A stretch of DNA of 64,000 nucleotides from Bacteroidota bacterium (GTDB taxonomy: Bacteria > Bacteroidota > Bacteroidia > JABEUT01). Both the position numbers and the translations under genes were made by a program. Below the pieces are notes generated by a model. It saw only the letters and a list, made by a program, of their open reading frames with translations. It did not search any database and was not told the DNA's origin. Below are positions 19,678 through 29,288 of the stretch, one piece after another (the first letter of the stretch is position 1; each line of letters starts with the position of its first letter). Location of the stretch: positions 12,265-76,264 of the forward strand of contig JABCZW010000002.1 in the NCBI GenBank assembly GCA_013289475.1, in the 5' to 3' direction.

Positions 19678-21168
19678 CTAGTGTGCGTTACCTGTACCGC
19701 TGCTTTGGTAACAGCCAATATCAACACCTGGTTGAGTTATGGTAGGGGCGAAATTTGGATTAGTCACATCATTTTTAACAGGGTTAGGTATATTTTGGAA
19801 TGGACTGAAGCCAACATATCCGGCACCAATTGCAGGAGAACCTGGTTTTAAATGAAAATCGTAGTTGCTTCCGGTAACAGATACGCCTGTTTCAAGAGAA
19901 CTTATGGCCGATAATGTTTGCCCGCCTGGAATGGGTTCAGGAAGCGGGAAATTAACAAACATTGGATTGTTTACACCGGCTAAACTTGGGTCGTTGTAAG
20001 CAAGGTCATCCCCACCATTTACAGTGCTGTTCGGGCTATAAAAACCCGCTGGCAGGTTAAGCTGGGCTGCGGAAGGAATAATGTATGCATTAGGCCTTGT
20101 CCATGTTCCTGCAGTAACCGGGAAAAACTGATTAACTTCAGATACTGAGTCAGAATAAATATAGTTGTTGGTATAAATTGTATTTGTTGTATCAGGCATA
20201 GGAATAGAGTTCTGTCCATCTCCAATACGAATACCATTACGACAATTTACAATAAGGTTATTGTAACATAAACCTCTTCCGCCTTGTTCATAGTCAATAT
20301 CTGAGCCACGGCTTGAAGGAGATGCTTGTCTGTAACCGCAATCTATATATGTATTGTTATACATATTAATGTTACACTGAACAAAAGACCCCGAACCTTT
20401 GTCTGAGCATTTAGTTGAGTTGGTGGCATTGCCTACACATAGGTTATAACACATGTCTCCTTGTGTTCCATGCTTTGCATTAACTCCATCCCCACCTAAA
20501 TAACCCATTTTTTCAAGAGTGTTACGAGCAATATAAATACGCCCCTGCTGAATGCGTATGCAATCATCCACAGAACCATATATCCAGCTATCAGTTATTA
20601 TTAAATCACCTTTAGGGTTTTGGAATAACACGCTAAATGAAGTTCCGCCTGAAGTGCCGCCAACAAATGGTTCAGTTGTGGCAAAGGTTCCGCCTGTAAA
20701 TTCAACATGTGTCCATTGCAGTTCGCATAAGGTGCATGATGTATCACAGTTGATTCCTGTCCACTTGCCTGAGTATGCAGGGTCGCTGGTAACAGGGTTG
20801 CCTATCTGATCAATTTTTGTAACTCCGCAAGCTGTAAACGAGTTAGGAGCAGCTTGCGTTCCGAGAGATATAAGAACACCTTTCACAATAATGGTTACAC
20901 CCGCACCTACACAAACGGTTACACCGGATTGAAGTAAAACGGTATCCCCTTTATTGATAGTAAAATCGCCGGTAAGTGTGTAGGTATTTCCAGAGGTCAT
21001 AGTTCCTTTGTATGAACCTGCCGATAAATTACCTGGGCTTATAGTTTGGCCTACCTGGAATGGAGGCGTGGAAACTACCGTTTTTTCAGTAGTGGCATTC
21101 TTTTTACAAGAAGGCAGCAGTGCAATTGCAGCTGCCAGCAATCCAAGAAGTAGAGAGTTCTTTTTCAT
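19678..21168 (-). CDS. Lipoprotein with right-handed parallel beta-helix-like repeats, partner of the upstream TonB-dependent receptor
   Basis: Start moved to MKKNSLLLGLLAAAIALLPSC (ATG at 21168), because a -7 promoter box lies inside the longer ORF. Repeated N/G/C-rich turns (CYNLCVGNATN, CNINMYNNTYIDCG, CYNNLIVNCRNGIRIGDG). Confidence 0.55.
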   Translation of the reverse strand: MKKNSLLLGLLAAAIALLPSCKKNATTEKTVVSTPPFQVGQTISPGNLSAGSYKGTMTSGNTYTLTGDFTINKGDTVLLQSGVTVCVGAGVTIIVKGVLISLGTQAAPNSFTACGVTKIDQIGNPVTSDPAYSGKWTGINCDTSCTLCELQWTHVEFTGGTFATTEPFVGGTSGGTSFSVLFQNPKGDLIITDSWIYGSVDDCIRIQQGRIYIARNTLEKMGYLGGDGVNAKHGTQGDMCYNLCVGNATNSTKCSDKGSGSFVQCNINMYNNTYIDCGYRQASPSSRGSDIDYEQGGRGLCYNNLIVNCRNGIRIGDGQNSIPMPDTTNTIYTNNYIYSDSVSEVNQFFPVTAGTWTRPNAYIIPSAAQLNLPAGFYSPNSTVNGGDDLAYNDPSLAGVNNPMFVNFPLPEPIPGGQTLSAISSLETGVSVTGSNYDFHLKPGSPAIGAGYVGFSPFQNIPNPVKNDVTNPNFAPTITQPGVDIGCYQSSGTGNAH

Positions 21169-21194
21169 TTTTTTAATTCGATTTAGATTTTGCG

Positions 21195-21202
21195 CAAAAC
21201 TA
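21195..21202 (-). promoter_or_regulatory. Candidate -7 box TAGTTTTG inside the shared motif AAAATAGTTTTGCGCAAA
   Basis: Minus-strand TAGTTTTG is a perfect TAnnTTTG, 26 nt upstream of the ATG at 21168. An almost identical motif lies upstream of the TBDR gene at 24195-24202. Confidence 0.45.
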
Positions 21203-21360
21203 TTTTCCACGTAACACGCGAGTATTATCGGCTGATTAAATAATCGTTAAAATAAATTGGCGGGATTAAGAGAATGTTAAGACCGAACATTTAATTATCT
21301 TTTATAGTATTAAGGCCACCGCAAGTGGTGCATTGTTACTTTTTATAAGATATAAAAACT

Positions 21361-24177
21361 TTAAAATTTATATCTTAAGCCCATCAAATATGTTTGACCA
21401 TAGTATTCCTTTTGCACCACTATACTATTTAAACTGGTGTTGTTGTCTTGATTCGGAAGCCATGCTGAAGTGCCGGGTATATTGGCATAGTTACTGGGTG
21501 GAAACATACGAATTACCAGCGGTGTATTTAGTATATTATTTACTTTTCCATACAGACTTAAGTTTATTTTCTTACTCAATCTTTTTTGAAAAGAGAATCC
21601 CATTGTAGTCATAGGCATCTGCCATTCATCAAGGCCATAATATTGGGCAATAAGGTAGACTGATTTACCTGTATAAACTAATGAAAGTTGTGCTTCAAAG
21701 CCTATGTTTGGGTTTTTATATATAAAAGAAAGATTTGCTATATTATCTACTTGTCCTTGTATTGGCCTTGTTTCAGTTGTATCAAAAGTTTTTGGCTGCC
21801 CGGTACCAACCGTATTGCGGTATATTAATTCAGGAGCGACAAGGCTGGAATGGGTGTAGGTGTAATTAGCAGATATTCCAAAATGCTTGATGTATTTAGT
21901 AATTGTGAATTCAAAACCATAGTTAATGGCAGGAACTGTATCACCGCCTATATTTATAGGTTGCTGAATTACAGCAGAAGGGCCGCCTGATGGAGAATGG
22001 ATTACTGCTTGCTCAATAGGGCCATATATTTGTTTGTAAAATACTCCAATCAATATTTGGTCTGAAGGTTTTGGGAAAAATTCATAACGCAAATCATAAT
22101 TATTGGCTGTTGTATGGAGTAAATAAGGGTTCCCATATTGATTGAATTGGTCCCCGCTTAGTTGATACGGCACTATATCAATAAAACTTGGTCGTGATAT
22201 AGATGCAAAGTAACTTGCATGTATAGCTTGTTTATCTGTTATATTATATTTAACCTCAACACTGGGCAGGTAGTCTGTATATTGTTTGGTTCCATTTTGG
22301 GCCACTACATTAATTGATTCGCCATCTACATAAGCTTGAGATGTGTTTTCAATTCGCATTCCACCGGCTAATTCTATTTTAGACAATAACTGTAACTTAA
22401 TCATACCATAATAAGCCGTTATATCTTCACCAACGCTGTACGAGTTATTGCTCATGGGTGTACCCAGTGGATTTACGAACACATAATAAGAAGGATTAGC
22501 CAAAATAGCATCTATGCCAGGATAATTTGGCTGAAAGGGAGTGGCTGCAAAATCATATTCATTTGAATAAGCATTTCTTGTTTTATCTCTATTCATTGCT
22601 CCTGTTTTTAATTCAACTTTTTGTCCGAATAAGTTAAAATGATAGGATAGATTAATATAGCCACTAAAATCCTGATCGGTACTTTGCATCCATACTCTTG
22701 AAAGTGAAGAAAAAACTGCTGTTGGCTGGCCCATGGTACCAAGAAGCGAAATGTCGTCCCAGTCAGGTATGTTTTCCCATGCGCGTGAATATGCGCCCGT
22801 CCAGTCAAGAAATAAATTATGGGCAAGCGTATCCTTACCTTTTAAAGTGGCATTAAATATATATTGTGAAGTAACCTTAGATTGATAATGAGGATTCATC
22901 TCACTGCCAGGTAATGAATTAGCCGTATCCTGTTCAATGCGCGAACGAATATCATTCATTTGGGTATAAACAGCATAAAAATCCATCCTGTGTTTAGGGC
23001 TAAATACATAATCAATTTTTAAATGTCCGGCCCCTCTAGTTTGCTGCTCCCAATAATCGCGGTTTGATACATAATCCCAAATTGGAGTATTTGGGTGCGG
23101 ACCGGGGTTTGGTTCTGATTGCTGTTTTATCCAAAATCCTTCGGTAGCGCTATAAATATTTTGAAAATTAGCCGATAACAATATACCTAGTCTTCCACCC
23201 AAAAATCTGTCGCCAAGAGTAAAGCCCGCAACCAGGTTTGGCGGAACAGCAACATCCTTATAGTTAATGTTTCCTGTTGGGAAATCAGAAACTTTTGCTG
23301 CATAATCTGAGCCATTTGTTTGAGCCGGACTATTGGTTTGTATGACACTCGAATTAAATTTCTCATATCCCTGGTTAAGTAAAGTTTGGTTAAACCCGGT
23401 CGCAAAGTCGGCAGAGAGATAAAATCTGTCAGGTGCATCTTTTAATACAAGGTTCATAGCTCCGCCAATGGCATTGGCTTCCATATCAGGTGTAAGGGTT
23501 TTGAAAACTTCCAGGCGTTCTACCATTTCGGCAGGAAATAGATCCATAGGTATATACCTGTTCCCATAGTCGGGGCTGGGTATCTGTACTCCGTCAATAG
23601 TTGTGTAATTATAATTTTTGTCCATTCCTCGTATGGTGGCATATTTTCCCCCTCCTGTTGTTGATTTTTCGACACTTACGCCAGATACCCGCTGTAATAC
23701 ATCTCCTATTGTCAAATCAGGCAACAATTGTATTGTCTTTGCCGACATTACGTTCATTAAAATATCTGAATTTTTTTCCTCACTTCTGGCATAGTTATCT
23801 GATTCTTTGGTATAGTTACTTGTTATAGTTACATTGCTTAAATTAATATGTGCCTCATTCATCTGGAAGTCTATTGTTATTACCTGGCTCTCATCTGATA
23901 TAGTAATTGTTTTTTCCTGTGTGGTATAACCGAAAAATTGGGCAACAAGTATATACGTGCCACGTTTTAAATTTTTTATGGAATAAGAACCATCCAGCCC
24001 TGCACCATCATGAATGCTGATACTATCTTTAACATAAACAGTAGCTCCTATAAGCCCTTCTTTACTTGCCGAATCTGCAACTTTACCTTTTACTGTGCCC
24101 GCTTGCACCAGCGATACAGAAACTATAAGTGTAATGAAACTCAGCAGGAAGCAGAATGAATATTTTTTACTTGTCAT
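21361..24177 (-). CDS. TonB-dependent outer-membrane receptor with N-terminal carboxypeptidase-regulatory-like domain
   Basis: Start moved to MTSKKYSFCFLLSFITLIVSVSLVQA (ATG at 24177). GTVKGKVADSASKEGLIGATVYV (CarbopepD_reg-like), plug region DVLQRVSGVSV...ATIRGMD, long beta-barrel ending ...MGLRYKF (terminal aromatic). Confidence 0.85.
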   Translation of the reverse strand: MTSKKYSFCFLLSFITLIVSVSLVQAGTVKGKVADSASKEGLIGATVYVKDSISIHDGAGLDGSYSIKNLKRGTYILVAQFFGYTTQEKTITISDESQVITIDFQMNEAHINLSNVTITSNYTKESDNYARSEEKNSDILMNVMSAKTIQLLPDLTIGDVLQRVSGVSVEKSTTGGGKYATIRGMDKNYNYTTIDGVQIPSPDYGNRYIPMDLFPAEMVERLEVFKTLTPDMEANAIGGAMNLVLKDAPDRFYLSADFATGFNQTLLNQGYEKFNSSVIQTNSPAQTNGSDYAAKVSDFPTGNINYKDVAVPPNLVAGFTLGDRFLGGRLGILLSANFQNIYSATEGFWIKQQSEPNPGPHPNTPIWDYVSNRDYWEQQTRGAGHLKIDYVFSPKHRMDFYAVYTQMNDIRSRIEQDTANSLPGSEMNPHYQSKVTSQYIFNATLKGKDTLAHNLFLDWTGAYSRAWENIPDWDDISLLGTMGQPTAVFSSLSRVWMQSTDQDFSGYINLSYHFNLFGQKVELKTGAMNRDKTRNAYSNEYDFAATPFQPNYPGIDAILANPSYYVFVNPLGTPMSNNSYSVGEDITAYYGMIKLQLLSKIELAGGMRIENTSQAYVDGESINVVAQNGTKQYTDYLPSVEVKYNITDKQAIHASYFASISRPSFIDIVPYQLSGDQFNQYGNPYLLHTTANNYDLRYEFFPKPSDQILIGVFYKQIYGPIEQAVIHSPSGGPSAVIQQPINIGGDTVPAINYGFEFTITKYIKHFGISANYTYTHSSLVAPELIYRNTVGTGQPKTFDTTETRPIQGQVDNIANLSFIYKNPNIGFEAQLSLVYTGKSVYLIAQYYGLDEWQMPMTTMGFSFQKRLSKKINLSLYGKVNNILNTPLVIRMFPPSNYANIPGTSAWLPNQDNNTSLNSIVVQKEYYGQTYLMGLRYKF

Positions 24178-24194
24178 ATAAACTAATTTGCGCG

Positions 24195-24202
24195 CAAAAC
24201 TA
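24195..24202 (-). promoter_or_regulatory. Candidate -7 box TAGTTTTG inside the shared motif AAAATAGTTTTGCGCGCAAA
   Basis: Minus-strand TAGTTTTG, 17 nt upstream of the ATG at 24177. It lies within the N-terminal extension of the ORF-track call, which supports the shorter start. Confidence 0.45.
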
Positions 24203-24332
24203 TTTTTATATGGTACTGTAAATAAGAATGAGTAGTTGATATAATAATTAAATAACAATTTTAACCTTTACTTAACTCCAACTGCACGGTAATCAGAAAT
24301 AATTAACCATGAAATAAGATTGTATTCATAAA

Positions 24333-25703
24333 TTATTCCTTTACAATTTTCCTGGTTACAGAAAATGTACCTGACCGGATGTTTAACATATATATGCCCG
24401 GGGCAAAATGAATTTCTATATTCATTAAGCTGGTTATGATGCTGAATTCTTTACTATTCACTAATCTTCCGCTAATATCGTACCAATGTATACTTGCTTT
24501 TTGCCCAATTAATTCGGGTGGAAAATGAATGTCGGCAAAATCATGTACCGGATTATTTACTTCTATTTTATCTTGCAGAGCGATGATTTTATTTATCCCG
24601 TTCACTACAGGGTCTGCGGGGCCATTACCCAAACTATCGTATGTAACGGCAAGTTTAACCATTATAGGATATTTATCTGAAAGTTGAAAAAGAGCATTAA
24701 TAACGTTTGAAGGTGCAGAAGTATTTTTCGGATCTCCTGTACTGTCGTTTATAGATGAATTAAAGTGTTTGCCATCGTTACCAATTGTTTGGTATGAATT
24801 AGTCACATATTTCATGAAGTCAATATTACCCGTAATCCACTTTGATAAAAAAATGTGCTCATACCAATCTTTAGCGCCTCCGCTTGCACCACAGCCATTG
24901 GGTATATTGGTGGCGCGTGTGGAAGTATTAAGATAACCGGAGCATGATATTTTATTGCTCCAGGCTTGTGGGTAGGTGAATTTGCCATCAGGATAAAAAG
25001 GTGGATCGTCAAAAATAAAACTAGTATCTGAAGTTGCCGTATATAATTCATACCCATTTTCAGTGCTGGTGTGGGTATTAAAGTCGCCCATACTTATTAA
25101 ATTAGGTAGGTGGTAAAAAAACGTTTTAAGTGATTTTATAACAGTAGTGTCCTGGTTATCCCGATCAGTGGTTGATGACCCGGAAACGGTATGGTTGAGG
25201 ACTATGTATATAAATGTAGTATCGTGTGTTGAGGAAACATAAGGGTCTTTGTAATATAATTTATAAAGGTCAAAGTCTTCTTGGTATGAGCATAAATTGG
25301 TTACAGAAACAAAACCCAACTTGCTTTGGTTATAAAACAATATGTCCATATCTCCATCAGCATCATTCGATACTCTTGTGAGTGTGCAATAAGCGTATTT
25401 GCCTTTATAAGTTGCTGAGTCAAGAGCAAACTTTATGATGGAATCTGCAAAGCCAATATGAGATATTCCGTCAAAATCAGATGCGTTAATTCTTATTGCC
25501 TGTGCTTTAACAAGACCTAATACATCGGGACTCGTATATTGTATAATAGCTTTAAGATTTTTGTGTAAAAATGTGTTTGAACCCTGGCATCCATCACCAT
25601 AATGAAGAACATTATAAGCCATTACTTTCAGCGTGTCCTGCTGCGCAAAAAGTAAATTGATAAAAAAAGTAAGTAATACAATAAGTGAATATCTGTACTT
25701 CAT
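24333..25703 (-). CDS. Secreted endonuclease/exonuclease/phosphatase (EEP) family protein with T9SS type-A CTD
   Basis: 456-aa ORF. Signal peptide, then LKVMAYNVLHYG (EEP N-terminal motif). ISMGDFNTHT, DWYEHIFLS. C-terminus IHWYDISGRLV...GIYMLNIRSGTFSVTRKIVKE. Confidence 0.7.
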   Translation of the reverse strand: MKYRYSLIVLLTFFINLLFAQQDTLKVMAYNVLHYGDGCQGSNTFLHKNLKAIIQYTSPDVLGLVKAQAIRINASDFDGISHIGFADSIIKFALDSATYKGKYAYCTLTRVSNDADGDMDILFYNQSKLGFVSVTNLCSYQEDFDLYKLYYKDPYVSSTHDTTFIYIVLNHTVSGSSTTDRDNQDTTVIKSLKTFFYHLPNLISMGDFNTHTSTENGYELYTATSDTSFIFDDPPFYPDGKFTYPQAWSNKISCSGYLNTSTRATNIPNGCGASGGAKDWYEHIFLSKWITGNIDFMKYVTNSYQTIGNDGKHFNSSINDSTGDPKNTSAPSNVINALFQLSDKYPIMVKLAVTYDSLGNGPADPVVNGINKIIALQDKIEVNNPVHDFADIHFPPELIGQKASIHWYDISGRLVNSKEFSIITSLMNIEIHFAPGIYMLNIRSGTFSVTRKIVKE

Positions 25704-25931
25704 AGGTTGGATTTATTGCCTCGTCATTTGTTTTGAGATACAAACATAATTTCCTGGTAACCATGTAACGCGTGTAGTTTATTTTCTTAACGGAAATTTA
25801 ATAAACCGGAAGATAATTCTTCATATATCAATTGAATTAATAGATCGATGTGAGGATTATTTAACAAGCGAATAACATTAAGCTAATGGTATAATAATAT
25901 TATTGTTCCTTTAAAAAATAGGGCATTTTAA

Positions 25932-28900
25932 ATGAGAATAATTTTTAGTACGAGAGCTATCTTTTTTCTGATTCTCTTTGGACTATCTTCTTTATACAGT
26001 GGGGCGCAGCCGAGAAAACTTATTCATTTTTGGGATTTTAATAGTACTACTCCGTTAACTGGTGTTGGAGATGCCGGAGGTAATGGCGATAGTCTCGGAA
26101 ATAGTAAGCATGGCTTACCGGTGCAGTATACTACCTTACCGCTAAGTGGAGCTAAAATAGTTTATGTGCGTCCTGCCACTAAACAAGGTGTTGCAACAAA
26201 AGTTGATAGTGTTTTAGATAATGATATTTCAGGTTCATTTTACTACGATTTCAGCAGTGTTAACTATCCTTATTTTAAAACCAGTGATAGTTCTGCTGCC
26301 GCAGCTGCATGTTCCTGCAATGGTAATTTAAGCATAAGGGCACGTAATCCTTCGCTTAATTCATACTTATATATGTATGTTCCTACTACAGGGTATATGA
26401 ATGTTTCGTTATCATACGCAGCAAGTGTGTCAAGTATAAAAGGTGCCCAGTATAATATATTTTCATACAGCACCAATGGTGGTGCTACATGGAACAACCT
26501 TACCCAGGCTATGGATACTTTTAATATAGGTGGTATACGTAGGCCTGATACATTACTTGTATTAAATTCTGTAACCAGCACAAGGGCATGGTACCCGGTA
26601 AATATTAATTTTTCGCCAGACAATAGTGCTAATAACAATAATAGTTTTATTATAAGATTCTATTTGGCAGGTTCTAACTCAACTACAAATACCGGAAGCG
26701 ACAGGTATGATAATATTGCAATACGCGGAGATAGTGTATGCCCTGTACTCTGGGTGCAACCTGTTAATTCGGCAATTTGCCCCGGATCAAATACCAGTTT
26801 TGTTACACATGTGGCCGGCGGGCTAAGTAATTTGTTTCAATGGCAAGTAAATAATGGAGGTGGATTTACTAATATCAGTAATGGAGGGGTATATAGTGGA
26901 GCCATTACCGATAGCCTTGCTTTAAGCAATGTTCCTGTTTCCATGAGTGGATATCAATACCGCTGTATAATATCATGCCCTACTTGTAATAATGATACAT
27001 CGGTCGCTGCAACTTTATCATTTAAACCGGCCCCAGTTGTTAAGGCTAACACTACCACAGATACTATTTGTATTGGCAATAATATTACCCTTACCGGAAG
27101 TGGTGCCATAAGTTATACATGGACAGGAGGGGTAAATAATGGAATTGCATTTGTGCCTGCCTTAACCAACACTTACACGGTTACAGGAATGGCAGCTGAC
27201 GGATGCACAGATACAGCAAGTATAAGGATAAAGGTCAATACACTGCCCCCGGTAAAAGCTAGTACTACAAATGATTCTGCATGTGCTGGCAATGCCGTTA
27301 CGTTAACCGGAAGCGGAGCAAAAACCTATGTTTGGACAGGAGGCATAACGGATGGTATAGCATTTGTTCCTGCTATTACGCAAACATACACGGTTATTGG
27401 GAAGGATAGTAATGGTTGTGTTAATAAGGATAGTATTAAGATTATAGTAAATCCGTTACCCGTTATTAGCATATCTCCTTCTTCCGCTAATATTTGTTAT
27501 GGAAATAATACCTCTTTAACTGCATCAGGTACAAATACTTTTTTATGGTCTCCGTCAGTAGGGTTAAGCTGCACCAATTGCCCCAATCCTATTGCTGATC
27601 CTGTTATTACAACAACGTATACAATTACAGGTATAAGTAAATCGGGCTGCCCCGACTCCACCACAGTGGTCATAAACGTGGCTCCTAAAATAAATGCATC
27701 AATTAGTGGAAAGGATACAATTTGTTTAGGTACATATACTACACTCATTGCCTCGGGCGGAAATACCTATTTATGGAATACCGGTGCAACGTCGACATCT
27801 GTTAATGTCAGTCCGGCAATAGATACAATATACAGCATAAAAGCTATTGTGGGCGGTTGCTCTGATAGTGCTAAAGTGTTTGTAACCGTTAATCCGGTTC
27901 CTGTTGCAGTAATAACCGGAAATAATTCAATATGTTTTGGCAACAATTCATTACTTACCGCATCAGGTGGTAGCAATTATGTTTGGAATACAGGTGTATC
28001 AACGGACACGGTATCCGTAATGCCTTTAGTAACAACAACATATTCTGTAAATGTAAGTAATGGACTATGCACAAAAGATACAAGTATAATTGTTGTAGTG
28101 CATCCAATACCTATAGTTACCATTACCCGACCTCAGGCTATTTGCTTTAACGATTCAATAATAATTAACGCAAGCGGCGGAAATAGTTATTTGTGGAATA
28201 CAGGAAACACTAATTCGGATTTTGGTGTCAGCCCTATGGTTACTACTACTTATACTGTTACAGTAAGTAATGGATTTTGTAGTAAAGATACGACCACCGT
28301 AATAAGTGTGAATCCATTGCCTGCAACAAACATAATGGGTAATAATGCAATATGTTCAGGTGACACTACGTTACTGACTGGCGGAGGCGGTGTAAGTTAT
28401 AAATGGAATACGGGCAGTACAAGTACTTCAATTTCTGTTTCACCTAACATAACAACTACGTATACTTTGCAGGCAAGTAATGGGGTATGTACTAAAAATG
28501 CAACCATAACAGTTAATGTAACACCTACACCGGTTCCTGATGTTAGCGCAGAGCAATCAATTTGTATTGGTGGTTCTGCTAAGCTTTCAGCTTCGGGTGC
28601 AACATCATATACATGGACTCCCGCGGTTGGGCTTAGTTCTTCAACTATTTCCAATCCTTTTGCAAGCCCTGGTATAAGCACAACTTACACGGTTGTTGAG
28701 GCTAATGGCCTTTGCACTGCTAAGGATAGTATAATTGTAATTGTAAACCCGTTGCCTGTCGAAGCGGCTTCTCCGAATACAAGTATTGTAATCGGGCAAT
28801 CAACTCCACTATCTGTTGCACCTCAAACAAGTGGCAGTATATATGAATGGTCTCCTTCTTCAACGTTAAGTTGTTCTAATTGCCCTGATCCAATTGCAAG

Positions 28901-29267
28901 CCCTTTGGTAACTACAACATATTATTTAATTACCATTAACGGATTTGGTTGTACAACAGAAGATACTGTTACTATTGATGTAAGTGACGATTGTGGGCAC
29001 ATATTTGTTCCCAATATGTTTTCGCCCAATGGCGATGGGCATAATGATGAATTGTTGGTATTTGGGTATTGCGTTAAAGAAATGGATTTTATAATATATG
29101 ACAGGTGGGGGAATAAGATTTTTGAATCGACGAAACAAAGTGATGGATGGGATGGAACATATAAGGGCGAAAGGATGAATCCGGGAGTATATGCGTATTA
29201 CCTGAGTGCTGATTTGTTAGATGGAACCAAAATAAATAAAAGTGGCAATGTTGCTTTGGTCAGATAA
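25932..29267 (+). CDS. Large surface protein: unnamed N-terminal module, Ig-like domain, about 9 cysteine-bracketed Ig-like repeats, and a gliding-motility-associated (CHU_C, T9SS type-B) C-terminal domain
   Basis: 1111-aa ORF. Signal peptide ...SLYSGAQP. Module LIHFWDFN...DRYDNIAIRG (aa ~25-270). Repeats of the form C.G....L.ASGG..Y.WNTG.....I.V.P...TTY.V.....C..D....V.V.P.P. C-terminus FVPNMFSPNGDGHNDELLVFG...WDGTYKGERMNPGVYAYYL is the type-B CTD. Confidence 0.85.
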   Translation: MRIIFSTRAIFFLILFGLSSLYSGAQPRKLIHFWDFNSTTPLTGVGDAGGNGDSLGNSKHGLPVQYTTLPLSGAKIVYVRPATKQGVATKVDSVLDNDISGSFYYDFSSVNYPYFKTSDSSAAAAACSCNGNLSIRARNPSLNSYLYMYVPTTGYMNVSLSYAASVSSIKGAQYNIFSYSTNGGATWNNLTQAMDTFNIGGIRRPDTLLVLNSVTSTRAWYPVNINFSPDNSANNNNSFIIRFYLAGSNSTTNTGSDRYDNIAIRGDSVCPVLWVQPVNSAICPGSNTSFVTHVAGGLSNLFQWQVNNGGGFTNISNGGVYSGAITDSLALSNVPVSMSGYQYRCIISCPTCNNDTSVAATLSFKPAPVVKANTTTDTICIGNNITLTGSGAISYTWTGGVNNGIAFVPALTNTYTVTGMAADGCTDTASIRIKVNTLPPVKASTTNDSACAGNAVTLTGSGAKTYVWTGGITDGIAFVPAITQTYTVIGKDSNGCVNKDSIKIIVNPLPVISISPSSANICYGNNTSLTASGTNTFLWSPSVGLSCTNCPNPIADPVITTTYTITGISKSGCPDSTTVVINVAPKINASISGKDTICLGTYTTLIASGGNTYLWNTGATSTSVNVSPAIDTIYSIKAIVGGCSDSAKVFVTVNPVPVAVITGNNSICFGNNSLLTASGGSNYVWNTGVSTDTVSVMPLVTTTYSVNVSNGLCTKDTSIIVVVHPIPIVTITRPQAICFNDSIIINASGGNSYLWNTGNTNSDFGVSPMVTTTYTVTVSNGFCSKDTTTVISVNPLPATNIMGNNAICSGDTTLLTGGGGVSYKWNTGSTSTSISVSPNITTTYTLQASNGVCTKNATITVNVTPTPVPDVSAEQSICIGGSAKLSASGATSYTWTPAVGLSSSTISNPFASPGISTTYTVVEANGLCTAKDSIIVIVNPLPVEAASPNTSIVIGQSTPLSVAPQTSGSIYEWSPSSTLSCSNCPDPIASPLVTTTYYLITINGFGCTTEDTVTIDVSDDCGHIFVPNMFSPNGDGHNDELLVFGYCVKEMDFIIYDRWGNKIFESTKQSDGWDGTYKGERMNPGVYAYYLSADLLDGTKINKSGNVALVR

Positions 29268-29288
29268 ATAATATTATAAAAATTGAAA

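Noticed and set aside
21333-21608. A 91-aa plus-strand ORF overlapping the 3' end of the TonB-dependent receptor gene.
   Set aside because: It overlaps the conserved C-terminal barrel strands of the receptor (ending ...MGLRYKF) and has no recognisable features.
26740-29000. Possibility that the Ig-like repeat blocks shared by the plus-strand 25932 gene and the minus-strand giants (41791, 46025) act as inverted DNA repeats driving inversion.
   Set aside because: By eye the similarity is at the protein-motif level, with roughly half of the residues matching. I saw no long identical nucleotide stretches, so homologous recombination is unlikely.
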